In this document: piece by piece, positions 47,867-57,484 of the stretch
Layout: each line of letters opens with the position of its first letter
Numbering within the stretch: position 1 is the first letter of the stretch
Notes under the pieces: generated by a model
Told to the model about the DNA's origin: nothing
Seen by the model: only the letters and a program-made list of their open reading frames with translations
The model's database searches: none
Made by a program: the position numbers and the translations under genes
NCBI GenBank assembly: GCA_945874535.1
Contig: CAMCGZ010000001.1
Location: 28,471 to 92,470, forward strand
From: Bdellovibrio sp. ZAP7
Lineage (GTDB): Bacteria; Bdellovibrionota; UBA1018; CAIMNF01
Direction of reading: 5' to 3'
Length of the DNA: 64,000 nt

Positions 47867-49852
47867 ATGACCTGGCAAACCTTCGCGTTTTTGATCGTAG
47901 CTGGTACCGCTCTCACCCTTTCGGGTCGCCGCTTCGCCGCGCTCTACAGCCTGATGAAGGCCCAAACCGGCAAAGCCCCCGAAGTGAAAGACATCGGAAG
48001 GCGGGTGCAAACCGCGATCGTGAACGTGTTGGGCCAGAAGGCCGTACTGAAGGACACCTGGATCGGAATCGCGCACACCGCGATTTTCTGGGGTTTCCTG
48101 GTGATCTCTCTTGGTACAGTCGAGCAATTCCTGATGACCTTGCACAGTGGGGCCTCCTTCGAGTTCATCGGAGCGGGGCCCTACTCCCTTTTCATCATGA
48201 GCCAGGACTTCTTCACCGGATTGGTCCTGCTCGGAGTCCTCTTTGCGGCCTATCGCCGCTTGGTGGTACGCCCGAAGCACCTCGGACAATCGAACGACGC
48301 GAATAACGTCCTGCTCTTCACGGGCGGGTTGATGGTGTCGATCTTCCTGATGAACGCCTTCCACATCCTGGGTTCGCATCCGGACTTTGAAAGCTCGTTT
48401 TTCATTTCGAAGCACCTTGCGGCATCCATGATGGGGCTGAACCTGGATGATGGCGCCTATCACGGGCTTTACACCGTATTCAAATGGATCCACATGGCGT
48501 TGGTTCTCGGGTTTGCGGTTTACATTCCGGGATCAAAGCACCTTCACATCGTGGCAGCCGGCCCGAACACCTTTCTTCGCAAGCTCGATCGCGAGAAGGG
48601 CATGACGACGATCAACTTCGAAGATGAGAACCTCACCCAGTACGGTGTTGCGAACATCAACCAGATGAGCTGGAAAGACGCCCTGGATCTGTATTCCTGT
48701 ACGGAGTGCGGCAGGTGTCAGTCGCTCTGTCCTGCGTGGAACACCGAGAAGCCCCTTTCTCCCAAGAATCTGATTGTCGATCTCAAAAAGAATCTTCACA
48801 CGAACAAACCGGCCATTCTCGAGGGAAAAACCGATCAAATCACCCACGTGATCGATGAAAAGGTCACCGAAGACGTGATTTGGGCATGCACCTCTTGCCG
48901 CGCGTGTGAGATCGCTTGCCCGGTCTTCATCGAGCACACCGACAAGATCTACGACATCCGCAGGAATCTGGTGATGATGGAGTCCCGCTTCCCCGCAGAA
49001 GTCCAGGCCGTATTCAAGAACATGGAAACGAACGGCACCCCTTGGGCCTTCAGTCCGTCCGAACGGGCGAACTGGGCCGAGGGTCTCGAAGTCAAGACCA
49101 TGGCCGATCTCGGATCTGCTGCCGACATCGATGTCCTGCTCTGGGTGGGATGTGCCGGGGCCTATGACGACCGGAACAAGAAGGTCCTCTCCTCTTTTGT
49201 GAGTCTCCTGAAAAAAGCCCAGGTCAAATTCGCCATCCTCGGAACCGAAGAGACCTGCACCGGAGATGCCGCAAGAAGGATCGGTAACGAGTACCTTTTC
49301 CAGACGCTTGCGAAAACCAACGTGGATACCCTGAATCGATACGAAGTGAAGAAGATTGTGACCGCCTGCCCGCACTGCTTCAACACGCTCAAGAACGAAT
49401 ACAAGGACCTCGGTGGAAACTACGATGTGGTTCACCACTCGCAATTCATCGCTCAAATGATCTCAAGCGGAAAACTGAAACCGCAAAAGGCTCTGGACGA
49501 AACCGTGACCTTCCACGACAGCTGCTACCTCGGGCGCTGGAACAATGTTTACGAGCAGCCCCGCGCGGTTCTCGGTGCGATTCCGAAAGTGAATCTCGTC
49601 GAGATGCGCCAGCATCACGACCAAGGCTTGTGCTGTGGCGCAGGCGGTGGACGGATGTGGATGGAAGAACACCATGGCTCCAGGATCAACGTCGCCCGCT
49701 CGGAGCAAGCCATCGAGACCGGCGCGAAGACCGTGGCCACCTCCTGCCCATTCTGCATCACCATGATCAGTGACGGCATGAAGACCAAAGACATGGCAGA
49801 CAAGATCCAGGTGAAAGACATCGCCGAATTGATCGATTCTTCGACCAACTGA
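47867..49852 (+). CDS. FadF-like membrane Fe-S/CCG oxidoreductase (putative ETF:quinone oxidoreductase)
   Basis: TM domain, CTECGRC...CP, CTSCRAC...CP, CCG domains, HDSCYLGR. Confidence 0.9.
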   Translation: MTWQTFAFLIVAGTALTLSGRRFAALYSLMKAQTGKAPEVKDIGRRVQTAIVNVLGQKAVLKDTWIGIAHTAIFWGFLVISLGTVEQFLMTLHSGASFEFIGAGPYSLFIMSQDFFTGLVLLGVLFAAYRRLVVRPKHLGQSNDANNVLLFTGGLMVSIFLMNAFHILGSHPDFESSFFISKHLAASMMGLNLDDGAYHGLYTVFKWIHMALVLGFAVYIPGSKHLHIVAAGPNTFLRKLDREKGMTTINFEDENLTQYGVANINQMSWKDALDLYSCTECGRCQSLCPAWNTEKPLSPKNLIVDLKKNLHTNKPAILEGKTDQITHVIDEKVTEDVIWACTSCRACEIACPVFIEHTDKIYDIRRNLVMMESRFPAEVQAVFKNMETNGTPWAFSPSERANWAEGLEVKTMADLGSAADIDVLLWVGCAGAYDDRNKKVLSSFVSLLKKAQVKFAILGTEETCTGDAARRIGNEYLFQTLAKTNVDTLNRYEVKKIVTACPHCFNTLKNEYKDLGGNYDVVHHSQFIAQMISSGKLKPQKALDETVTFHDSCYLGRWNNVYEQPRAVLGAIPKVNLVEMRQHHDQGLCCGAGGGRMWMEEHHGSRINVARSEQAIETGAKTVATSCPFCITMISDGMKTKDMADKIQVKDIAELIDSSTN

Positions 49853-49875
49853 ACCGCTTTCCGCGCTACATCCGG

Positions 49876-50442
49876 TTATTCGGACAGGCTTTTGGCAATG
49901 TCGACTATTTCGGGACCCACCCGGGAGATGCGGTCGGCGACGCCGGGGGCCCATTCGTTCTTCTTTTTCATGAGGGCGGCATAACAAACGGCGCGACTGG
50001 CCGGCATGAGGCTCTCATCGGCGGCGCAATTGGTATAAAAAACTGATGCAGCACGGAATTCCTCGGGCCTGCGCTCGAGATATTCCGCGAGATCTCCGAG
50101 CGCTTGCCCCGCCTGGATCAATTCCGGGCCGGCATGATGGGCGGCCTCGTCGTCCGCGGGTTTAAACTGGGCCCTTTGCGGAAGAGTGCTGCGCACCTGG
50201 TGGATGACTTTTTTTAGATCTTCGGATACGACTCCATCCCGATTTTCAGAAAGGCTACCCGAAGGCGGCGCTGACGTGACTGGAATGGAAGCGGGAGAAG
50301 CCCCGCCCGGAGAGACTGTCGGCAGGGGATCCACCGCGCCTGCCTCCTGAATGGCCGAATCGATCCGCTCAGGAGAACGGATCCACGCCACCGCAAGTGC
50401 GATCGTGGCCAGTATCCCGACCACCAGAAGTGAAGATTTCAC
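49876..50442 (-). CDS. Hypothetical exported protein
   Basis: N-terminal signal/TM; Cys pair. Confidence 0.65.
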   Translation of the reverse strand: MKSSLLVVGILATIALAVAWIRSPERIDSAIQEAGAVDPLPTVSPGGASPASIPVTSAPPSGSLSENRDGVVSEDLKKVIHQVRSTLPQRAQFKPADDEAAHHAGPELIQAGQALGDLAEYLERRPEEFRAASVFYTNCAADESLMPASRAVCYAALMKKKNEWAPGVADRISRVGPEIVDIAKSLSE

Positions 50443-50669
50443 TTTTTGCGAGGAAGAAAATCCGAATGGAGTGCAATGAACCGCTTCACGGCAACATTGA
50501 TGATTTCGGATTCACCGAAACGGGTGAACTCGACCATTTGCTTGAGTGTTTCGGCGACCTCTTTTTCCAGCTGAATCTGGAGGGTGGTCGGAGTCCCTTT
50601 CAAAACATAGTCCTCTTTCATAATAGGGGCAGAGTAAGGGGATCCGGCCAGTGGGTCAACGGGATTCAT
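50439..50669 (-). CDS. Small hypothetical protein (ribbon-helix-helix-like pattern)
   Basis: LQIQLE...L..M......SEIINVAVKRFI; overlaps the start of the next gene. Confidence 0.6.
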   Translation of the reverse strand: MNPVDPLAGSPYSAPIMKEDYVLKGTPTTLQIQLEKEVAETLKQMVEFTRFGESEIINVAVKRFIALHSDFLPRKK

Positions 50670-50794
50670 TGACTGTACACCCCCTAGACAGTCCTGAAGA
50701 TTGCTGCACGGCGCCGCCCATAAAAGACCCATGATTTCAATAGATAGACTTGGCCCCACTCTTGCTTTTTCAAGGGGTGAGAGAGGGAGATTCG

Positions 50795-52210
50795 ATGATG
50801 TTGAGCACTTCCAATTGGTTCATTTTGGTTTCGATATTGGCTTCCGGGGGAATCGCCCGCGCCGGCATACTGGATGCCGAGAACCCCACGCCGACCCCCC
50901 TTCCCAGCCCCATTCATCAGGAGCTTGAGCCCGGCGATTACGATGCAGCCGGCATCGGAGTCCGCTTCCATGGGGAGCGGGTTCTGGTCACCGGTCGGAT
51001 CCCCCAGGAGTGTGCTACCGGGCTCCGGCTCATTGACGTGAAAAAAACCACCACCGAGGTGCCTCCGTCTGGAATGAACTCCATTGAAGACTTGAACCGG
51101 CACGCGAGCCGTGTGGGAATCCGCCTCCTCTACACGTCCCAAGACGCCAAACACGCAAGTCTCGCATCCTGCATCAGCGCCTCCGGCGATGTCCGGATCG
51201 ATCTGGAATCGCGCTCGGACCTTTCACGCCAGATTCTGAATTCCGGAGAAGTGGCTCTTGGCGGCGTTCTGACCACCTCAAATGAAGTGGTGGCCCTGAA
51301 AACGATTGCCCAATCGAAAAGCCATCAAGCACTGGTCAAGCAACTCGAAGATCGCGACTGCGCATCCTGCAATGCGGACTCACGCTCGATCCAGCGTCGA
51401 CTCGACGAGCTCGCTTCACTCGACTTTCCTTGGGTGAAACCGCTGATGGCCTCATTGCTTGAGTCTGCGATCGCAGCCGGGCGGGCATCCATCAAAGGCG
51501 CACAGACCCTCACCGCCCTCGAGGGCTTACTGGCCGATTTAGAGTCCTACGCGGCTTTGGCGGACAAGCTCGGTCTTGATCCCGAAAAGAAGGGCTTGGT
51601 GCTTCACTCGATCGGGGAAGCCTACACTGAGATGCTGACGAAGAACCACGAGCTCGCAAAAGCAGGGGCCAGCTCAAAAGGCATCAAGCAGGAAGGCCGC
51701 CACGCTGACTTCATGGCACGAACTTACCGGAGCATGGCCAAACTGCCCGGCATCGAGAAAGAACAAAGGGAGTCTCTCATCCAGCTCGCCAAGGAACACG
51801 ACCAGGGAGGATCCATGAGACTGGATTTCATCTCCGGCCTGAATCCGTCCCACCACGAAGTCCGCAAAGCCCTCAGTCAGGGTCAGGAGGATTTGATGAA
51901 GCTCGCCCGCGAGACTCAGATCGCCTGCTCCAGGATCCTGAAGCCGGAAGACATGGTGAAGTGCGGTCAGGCAAAACAGGCTTATCAAATGAAGCTTGGA
52001 AGCCTTCAACTGCTCCAGCACAGATGGATGGACGGGCAACGCGCCCAATTCCAATCCAACGGAACGAAAACGGCCGGTGCGCCAGCGGCTCTCGCACCGG
52101 TGGGCGGCCTGAAAGTGTACAGCACCTACGGTGGTCCCTCCACATTCGGAAATATTCCTTCTGTTCCGATCGTTCCCACCGCACCGGGATTACCCGCCTT
52201 TGGTAATTGA
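50795..52210 (+). CDS. Hypothetical secreted protein
   Basis: Signal peptide ending ARA; mostly helical with CASC and other Cys. Confidence 0.7.
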   Translation: MMLSTSNWFILVSILASGGIARAGILDAENPTPTPLPSPIHQELEPGDYDAAGIGVRFHGERVLVTGRIPQECATGLRLIDVKKTTTEVPPSGMNSIEDLNRHASRVGIRLLYTSQDAKHASLASCISASGDVRIDLESRSDLSRQILNSGEVALGGVLTTSNEVVALKTIAQSKSHQALVKQLEDRDCASCNADSRSIQRRLDELASLDFPWVKPLMASLLESAIAAGRASIKGAQTLTALEGLLADLESYAALADKLGLDPEKKGLVLHSIGEAYTEMLTKNHELAKAGASSKGIKQEGRHADFMARTYRSMAKLPGIEKEQRESLIQLAKEHDQGGSMRLDFISGLNPSHHEVRKALSQGQEDLMKLARETQIACSRILKPEDMVKCGQAKQAYQMKLGSLQLLQHRWMDGQRAQFQSNGTKTAGAPAALAPVGGLKVYSTYGGPSTFGNIPSVPIVPTAPGLPAFGN

Positions 52211-52295
52211 ATTTTCCGGTTGACCTTGATCCGGGTTGTCGTTATCCCTATAAGTACCAACAACATGTTGCTTCCACAGCAGTGAAAGGGGATTT

Positions 52296-52517
52296 ATGGC
52301 AACTCAGATTAAAGGCACCGTGAAATGGTTCAACGACGCAAAAGGTTACGGTTTCGTACTGGCTGAAGCGGTCAATGAAGACATTTTTGTTCACTTCAAA
52401 CAGATCCAAGGCGATGGTTTCAAGACCCTCTCTGAAGGTCAGGAAGTCATCTTCGACCTGGGTGCCGGCCAGAATGGCAAGCCCCAAGCATTCAATGTGA
52501 CCAAGTTCGACAACTAA
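52296..52517 (+). CDS. Cold-shock protein (CspA family)
   Basis: GTVKWFN.AKGYGF, DIFVHF, GFKTL.EGQ. Confidence 0.95.
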   Translation: MATQIKGTVKWFNDAKGYGFVLAEAVNEDIFVHFKQIQGDGFKTLSEGQEVIFDLGAGQNGKPQAFNVTKFDN

Positions 52518-52536
52518 GCTCGCACATCTTGATGAG

Positions 52537-52575
52537 AACCCCCGATCGGGCGACCGGTCGGGGGTTTTTTATTTT
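52537..52575 (+). terminator. Rho-independent terminator of the csp gene
   Basis: 13-bp stem with GCGA tetraloop followed by TTTTATTTT. Confidence 0.85.
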
Positions 52576-53933
52576 AAATTCCGTCGCATGAGCTGGAATG
52601 GGAGGTCCCTCCCCAACAGGGCGTGATTCCCGTTCCGCTTCCGGTAGTGAATCGATGGCACGGGGTCTGCTCCGAGCACAGGAGTCCCGCTCAATACCCT
52701 GGAGAATGGAATTTCGCTGGCTTCCGGGAGATCCGTTCCCCTGAGTGGGCAAGTGTGCGCATGATTGAGCGACGAAAGCATCGAAAGCAATTGTGCATGA
52801 TCCCGGTAGGGCAGGATCGATAGCATCGGGGCCTGGATCTCTGTCTGAAGGACCACGCTTTTACGAATGTCCTCGGGGCTGAGCTCTGGAAACACGGTGA
52901 GCGTGGGGGTCGCACACCAGGATTTGCCCGGGCCCGGCAGAGGCTTTCCCCGCATGACCACCGAGGCACCTTCGCGTTCTGAAATTCCGATGAACTTCAG
53001 GTAGCGATCGAGGCGCGACGGATCCTGCAGCGGCCCCATCCAGGCCCCCTCACGGGGATCTCCGATCTTGAACGACCTCGACAGGGAATGGATCTGTTCA
53101 ACCACCGAATCGCACTCTGAAACCGGCACAAACAGGAGTGACACACTCTTGCAATCCTGACCGGCGCCCGAGAACGCATCGAGCATCAGATCGGCACACG
53201 CCTGATCCCCGGCCTGCCGCCCGAAGACCGTGACATTCTTGTTCCCGAGATGCAGAAGCACCTCTTTTGCGGGTCGAGAAAGCGTATCCTGACGGACCCG
53301 CATTCCGTTTTCGAAGGTTCCCATGAAAATCACGGTTTCGACGCCCTCATGACAAGCCAGGCGGCGCCCTACTTCGCGATCCCCCAACAGACACTGGACA
53401 GCCTGAAAATCTTCGCCTGCAGCCCTGACCCGATCCACCATGCGATGAACCGTCATGCAGGCTTGCTCAGAGGGTTTCAAGATGACCGGGTTTCCGGCCA
53501 ACCATCCGGCCAGCATGAATTGAACGGAATGGAGCAGCGGCCACGATGAGGAGAGCAGTACGGCGGTACAGCCGCGAGGGTCGAATCCCGCGCCTCCCGT
53601 TGCCGGAATAGACCCGTCCTCGAGCCAAGCTGTGACCACTCTTTCGAGCGCATCCCATTCTCTCCCGACATCCTCGCGGGAGCGGCCTTGCTCGATAGAA
53701 AGGGTTTCAAGCAGCTCTTCCCGGAAGGCCTGGATCACCCTCCAGGCCGATCCGGCGCGCTCCTGTCCGCGTAAAAAGATCGCGCCCGAGCCACGGACCA
53801 CTGGATCGATCTCCGCGTATCGGGATCCTGCGATCGCAAGAACCGTCTCAGGCTCTGTTGGATCACGCAAAGACCACGATACCGTGAGGGCACCCTCCAC
53901 CTGATGATTCAATAGACTTCTCAATTCAATCAC
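52569..53933 (-). CDS. Aldehyde dehydrogenase-fold protein (AstD-like), catalytically degenerate
   Basis: GNPVILKPSE and AGQDC retained; PWNFP appears as SSSWP and ELGGKN as HLGNKN. Confidence 0.8.
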   Translation of the reverse strand: MIELRSLLNHQVEGALTVSWSLRDPTEPETVLAIAGSRYAEIDPVVRGSGAIFLRGQERAGSAWRVIQAFREELLETLSIEQGRSREDVGREWDALERVVTAWLEDGSIPATGGAGFDPRGCTAVLLSSSWPLLHSVQFMLAGWLAGNPVILKPSEQACMTVHRMVDRVRAAGEDFQAVQCLLGDREVGRRLACHEGVETVIFMGTFENGMRVRQDTLSRPAKEVLLHLGNKNVTVFGRQAGDQACADLMLDAFSGAGQDCKSVSLLFVPVSECDSVVEQIHSLSRSFKIGDPREGAWMGPLQDPSRLDRYLKFIGISEREGASVVMRGKPLPGPGKSWCATPTLTVFPELSPEDIRKSVVLQTEIQAPMLSILPYRDHAQLLSMLSSLNHAHTCPLRGTDLPEASEIPFSRVLSGTPVLGADPVPSIHYRKRNGNHALLGRDLPFQLMRRNLK

Positions 53934-53939
53934 GTCAGC

Positions 53940-55403
53940 TCACCCTTTGCTGAGCGTGGTCATCAATTCACGGTAGACTTCAATCGACTTTTCGAGCTCG
54001 GCCCACGAAATCGATTCGTTCGGGCCCTTTGGCAAGCTCTGCACGGAGCCGACCCCTTGAATGGTGACCGGGAATTTCGTCTTGTGAAACCAGCCCGCAT
54101 CACTCAGATAGTTCGAGTTGACGCTCTCACTCGAGCCATCCGAGAGCACACCTTGTACCAGATAATCCCGGAGCAGACTGAAATGGAAAGTCGAATACTT
54201 GGAGGAAACGCGTTTCAAAGTCTGTCTCCAGATCTCCTCGACCTGAGCGGCGGGATGATCCGGCAAGAAGCGAAGCTCGAAACTGACCGCGAGTTTGCCC
54301 GTGGATTTCATCCTGACCCGGGTCAATGATCCAACGTTCAGGGGAGGCTGGAATGCCCGATTGGGCACGCGGTTGAGTTCATCGATGAATTTTTTCCACT
54401 CGTAATCCAGCTCGAGGATCACCTCGATCATCTCCCCGGGAATGAACCGGGTGCCGCCTTCAGATATTCCGAGAAACTCGACCCTGAAAAACCTGGAAAC
54501 ATCTTCTCCGCCGATTTTTTGCTTCAAGAACTGTTTGAAGTCTTCGAATTGGAATGCGGTCAATGAAATTTGGGCCCGAGCGAGATCCGGATGGGTACCC
54601 GACGCGCCCTTGGCTTCGAGTGCGGACCACTGGAAATCGAAGCCTCGCTCGGCCGCCTCGAGCATCAAATCCATCAGAAGATCGAATGCGTTGATGGCGT
54701 TTTCGGGCGTTGCGAAATCGACACTGAGTCCGAACGCCGTGATATTGATCGCACGGTTGTAGCCACGGGAATCGCGCTCCTTGAGCGAGGCCTCGAGATC
54801 AATCGTAAAAGAAACCTGCCCGGGGGCCTGCTTCACCGCCTTGAGGCCGGTGGGAGCGAATGAATACACCTCTTTGGGATTCACCGCGAGAGATTCGATC
54901 AAAAACCGGGAACCCATCATTCCGTAATGGGACGCGCAAGCCCCCACGAGGTAGAGCGGGCTCTTATGGCGCTTGTCGACCAGGTCGACCGCCGCGAACA
55001 CCCGGCAAAGGAAGTCGAGTTTGCCCTGCACCGCACCCGCACCGACAATCCCGAAGTCGTCCAGAACGGGGGCCTGGGGATTTCCTTGGGTGACGGTCCA
55101 GAGATGGGGCAGGTTACCCGTTGTGACATCGATCGGATTGATGAACAGAACCCCTCTTCGAGTGGTTCTATCGACCAGGTGATCCGAGGTGAAACCGATG
55201 ATGTTGCATTGCCGCTTGGAAAGTCCGTCGACAGAATGATTCACGGGCTGAAGGTGGGTCTTGAATCCGTAATCGTGCATCATCGACTGGAGATAACGCG
55301 CGAGCTCTTCATTTCCGGTCTCGGCGTGCGATGGAATGCTCAGGATCCGCTTGGCGTGCTCTTTAAACTTCTGGAAGCTCAACATCTTGTTTTTGAATAT
55401 CAA
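53940..55403 (-). CDS. M20 peptidase/ArgE-fold protein with degenerate metal site
   Basis: ArgE-like layout (SIPS..GNE..A, G.G...K, PNE) but most metal ligands substituted; start 55403 or 55385. Confidence 0.75.
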   Translation of the reverse strand: MIFKNKMLSFQKFKEHAKRILSIPSHAETGNEELARYLQSMMHDYGFKTHLQPVNHSVDGLSKRQCNIIGFTSDHLVDRTTRRGVLFINPIDVTTGNLPHLWTVTQGNPQAPVLDDFGIVGAGAVQGKLDFLCRVFAAVDLVDKRHKSPLYLVGACASHYGMMGSRFLIESLAVNPKEVYSFAPTGLKAVKQAPGQVSFTIDLEASLKERDSRGYNRAINITAFGLSVDFATPENAINAFDLLMDLMLEAAERGFDFQWSALEAKGASGTHPDLARAQISLTAFQFEDFKQFLKQKIGGEDVSRFFRVEFLGISEGGTRFIPGEMIEVILELDYEWKKFIDELNRVPNRAFQPPLNVGSLTRVRMKSTGKLAVSFELRFLPDHPAAQVEEIWRQTLKRVSSKYSTFHFSLLRDYLVQGVLSDGSSESVNSNYLSDAGWFHKTKFPVTIQGVGSVQSLPKGPNESISWAELEKSIEVYRELMTTLSKG

Positions 55404-55454
55404 ATACTTATTTTTGTTGCAACGGAAGAGGGGCGTTCGTTACATTTAGCGGGA

Positions 55455-56150
55455 ATGAACGAGGTAGCCCAGCTTGCCGCTTCCGGTCAGCTCAAAGAGG
55501 CGGTGGATGCACTGAAAAAGAGTCCCACCTATGACGCGACCTATTTTTACAACCTTGGCATCCTGCATGGGCGGATGGAACAGGCGGGTCTTGCTGTCGC
55601 CTACCTTGAAAAAGCGAACCGCGAAAAACCCCATGATCCCGAAATCCAGAACAGCCTCAGGGTTGCGCGCGAGGCGCTTCGGCAATCGCTGATCAAGAAC
55701 GGGAGCGAGGGCGCGGTGGATGGGTGTTCGACCCCGCTCGAGGGATTTGCCGACCGGATCCGAGGTGAGGAAATCCTCGGAGTGATCGGGCTCATCACCC
55801 TGAGTGTCTCGCTTTTGTGGATTCGCGCCTATTTGAAGACCCGGAATCTCACGAAGACCCTTCTGAAGCCATCGGGCTGGTTCGGTGCTCTCGCGCTGGT
55901 TCTGGGATTCGCATTTTACGGGGTCTATCAAGCGGGTAGCGCGAATCCTCCGGCAGTGTTGATTTCCAAGCAACAATTGCGGAGCGGACCCGGCATGAAC
56001 TTTCCGGAGATCGGCTCCATCGAAGCCGGAATCAAAGTGCGGATCATCGGAGATCCTGCAACCGTGAACGAGCGGGAGCTCTGGCAAAAGGTCCGATACC
56101 GTCCGAATCAAACCGCCTGGATTCCCCTGTCCAGCCTCTTACCTTTATAG
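55455..56150 (+). CDS. TPR + TM + SH3 protein (BatE-like)
   Basis: YNLG...G.A..Y..KA...P.D..I..L, two TMs, LRSGPG...W.KV...WIP. Confidence 0.8.
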   Translation: MNEVAQLAASGQLKEAVDALKKSPTYDATYFYNLGILHGRMEQAGLAVAYLEKANREKPHDPEIQNSLRVAREALRQSLIKNGSEGAVDGCSTPLEGFADRIRGEEILGVIGLITLSVSLLWIRAYLKTRNLTKTLLKPSGWFGALALVLGFAFYGVYQAGSANPPAVLISKQQLRSGPGMNFPEIGSIEAGIKVRIIGDPATVNERELWQKVRYRPNQTAWIPLSSLLPL

Positions 56151-56159
56151 GAGTTGAAG

Positions 56160-56801
56160 ATGTCCGCATTCTGGAAACTTTTCGTCCTTGGCCCGGTTTT
56201 GGTCCTCCTGATGGCCTCATGTGTGTCGAAGCCGGTGAACGAGGCCGACCCGAAAGAGATGTACGAGGACGCGGAGGTGGACATCGAAGGAAACCGCTTC
56301 CTCCTGGCACTCGACAAGCTTCGCGTGGTTCGTAGCAAATTCTCTTATTCCAACTACGGTGCGCTCGCCCAACTCCGGATCGGGGACGTTTACTTTCTGC
56401 AGGATTCCTTTCCCGAGGCTGCCGTCGCTTATGAAGGGTTTTACGAGCTTTATCCCAAACACGCCAAGGCTCCCTACGCCCTCTTCCGGGCTGGCGAATC
56501 CCACTACAGCGACATCCCCGCGACAACGGCGCGTGACCTGAAGAGCGCCGAGAGCGCCATCCAGTGGCTCGGCACTTACCTCGCCCGCTTCCCCAGGGGG
56601 GAATACTCGGACCGGGCACGGGACCTCCGGCAAAAGGCTTATGACAAGCTCGCCGAGAAGGAGCTTGATACCGCCCGGTTTTATCTGAAGCGCAAAAAAC
56701 TTCCGGCTGCCCGTGGGCGCCTCGAGAAATTACTGGAACTTTATCCAGGCTCATCCTACTCGGATCAGGCGAGGGAGTTGCTCGAGGGACTTCCCGAATG
56801 A
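56160..56801 (+). CDS. bamD: Outer membrane protein assembly factor BamD
   Basis: Lipobox MASC; F.YS.Y...AQL..GD, LYP.H...YA, LAEKE...ARFY. Confidence 0.92.
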   Translation: MSAFWKLFVLGPVLVLLMASCVSKPVNEADPKEMYEDAEVDIEGNRFLLALDKLRVVRSKFSYSNYGALAQLRIGDVYFLQDSFPEAAVAYEGFYELYPKHAKAPYALFRAGESHYSDIPATTARDLKSAESAIQWLGTYLARFPRGEYSDRARDLRQKAYDKLAEKELDTARFYLKRKKLPAARGRLEKLLELYPGSSYSDQARELLEGLPE

Positions 56802-57484
56802 AAGAAATCGAACAACTGATCCAGGAGCGCAAGTTTCCGGATGCCGCAGAGAAGATCCGCCTCGGACTCTTGGCGGAGCCGGACAATGCAGATTTTCTTT
56901 ATCTTCGCGGACTGCTGAAATCCCACCAGGGAAAACTCGTCGAATCCATCGATGACCTAAAAGGGGCCCTGCGTGCCGAGCCCCGGCACACGGATGCCGC
57001 GATTTGCCTCTCGGTGATCTTGAATGACATCGGCAGGTATGACGAAGCGAAGCGCGTCTTCGATCAGGCCAACCAAAGTGTTTTCTTGAAGCAAGCTGGA
57101 GACGATTTACAGATCGATCGGAAGTTCGCGCTGAAACACTTCGAACTCGGTGACTTGTATTTCCGGCACCGCCGGTACGATGAAGCCGTGGAAGAATACA
57201 CCAAGGCCATCGGACTCGATCCGGTTCCCTCTGATTTCCGCGTCCGCCGCGCCAAGGCTTTTGCAAAGAAGGGGTTCGTCACCCGCGCGATCCAGGATTT
57301 GCAGCAATTGAAGAACGAAAGGCCCGGTGAACTCAGCGTCCGGATCCAGCTCGGACTGCTCCATTACAGCCAATCCAACGTTTTGGATGCAGAGCTGGAA
57401 TGGGAAAGCGTTCTCGAGCGCGATCCGGTGAATCGCGAAGCGATTGCTTACCTCGAGTTGATCAAATCAGCTCGACCCTTGTAG
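56798..57484 (+). CDS. Tetratricopeptide repeat protein
   Basis: Multiple canonical TPRs; ATGA overlap with bamD. Confidence 0.85.
   Translation: MKEIEQLIQERKFPDAAEKIRLGLLAEPDNADFLYLRGLLKSHQGKLVESIDDLKGALRAEPRHTDAAICLSVILNDIGRYDEAKRVFDQANQSVFLKQAGDDLQIDRKFALKHFELGDLYFRHRRYDEAVEEYTKAIGLDPVPSDFRVRRAKAFAKKGFVTRAIQDLQQLKNERPGELSVRIQLGLLHYSQSNVLDAELEWESVLERDPVNREAIAYLELIKSARPL

Noticed and set aside
46119-49852. etfBA plus Fe-S oxidoreductase as a novel system
   Set aside because: Known ETF with FadF/EMO-type arrangement
50770-50798. sigma28-like TCAA...TTCGATGA motif
   Set aside because: Spacer is 17 nt and the -10 element overlaps the start codon
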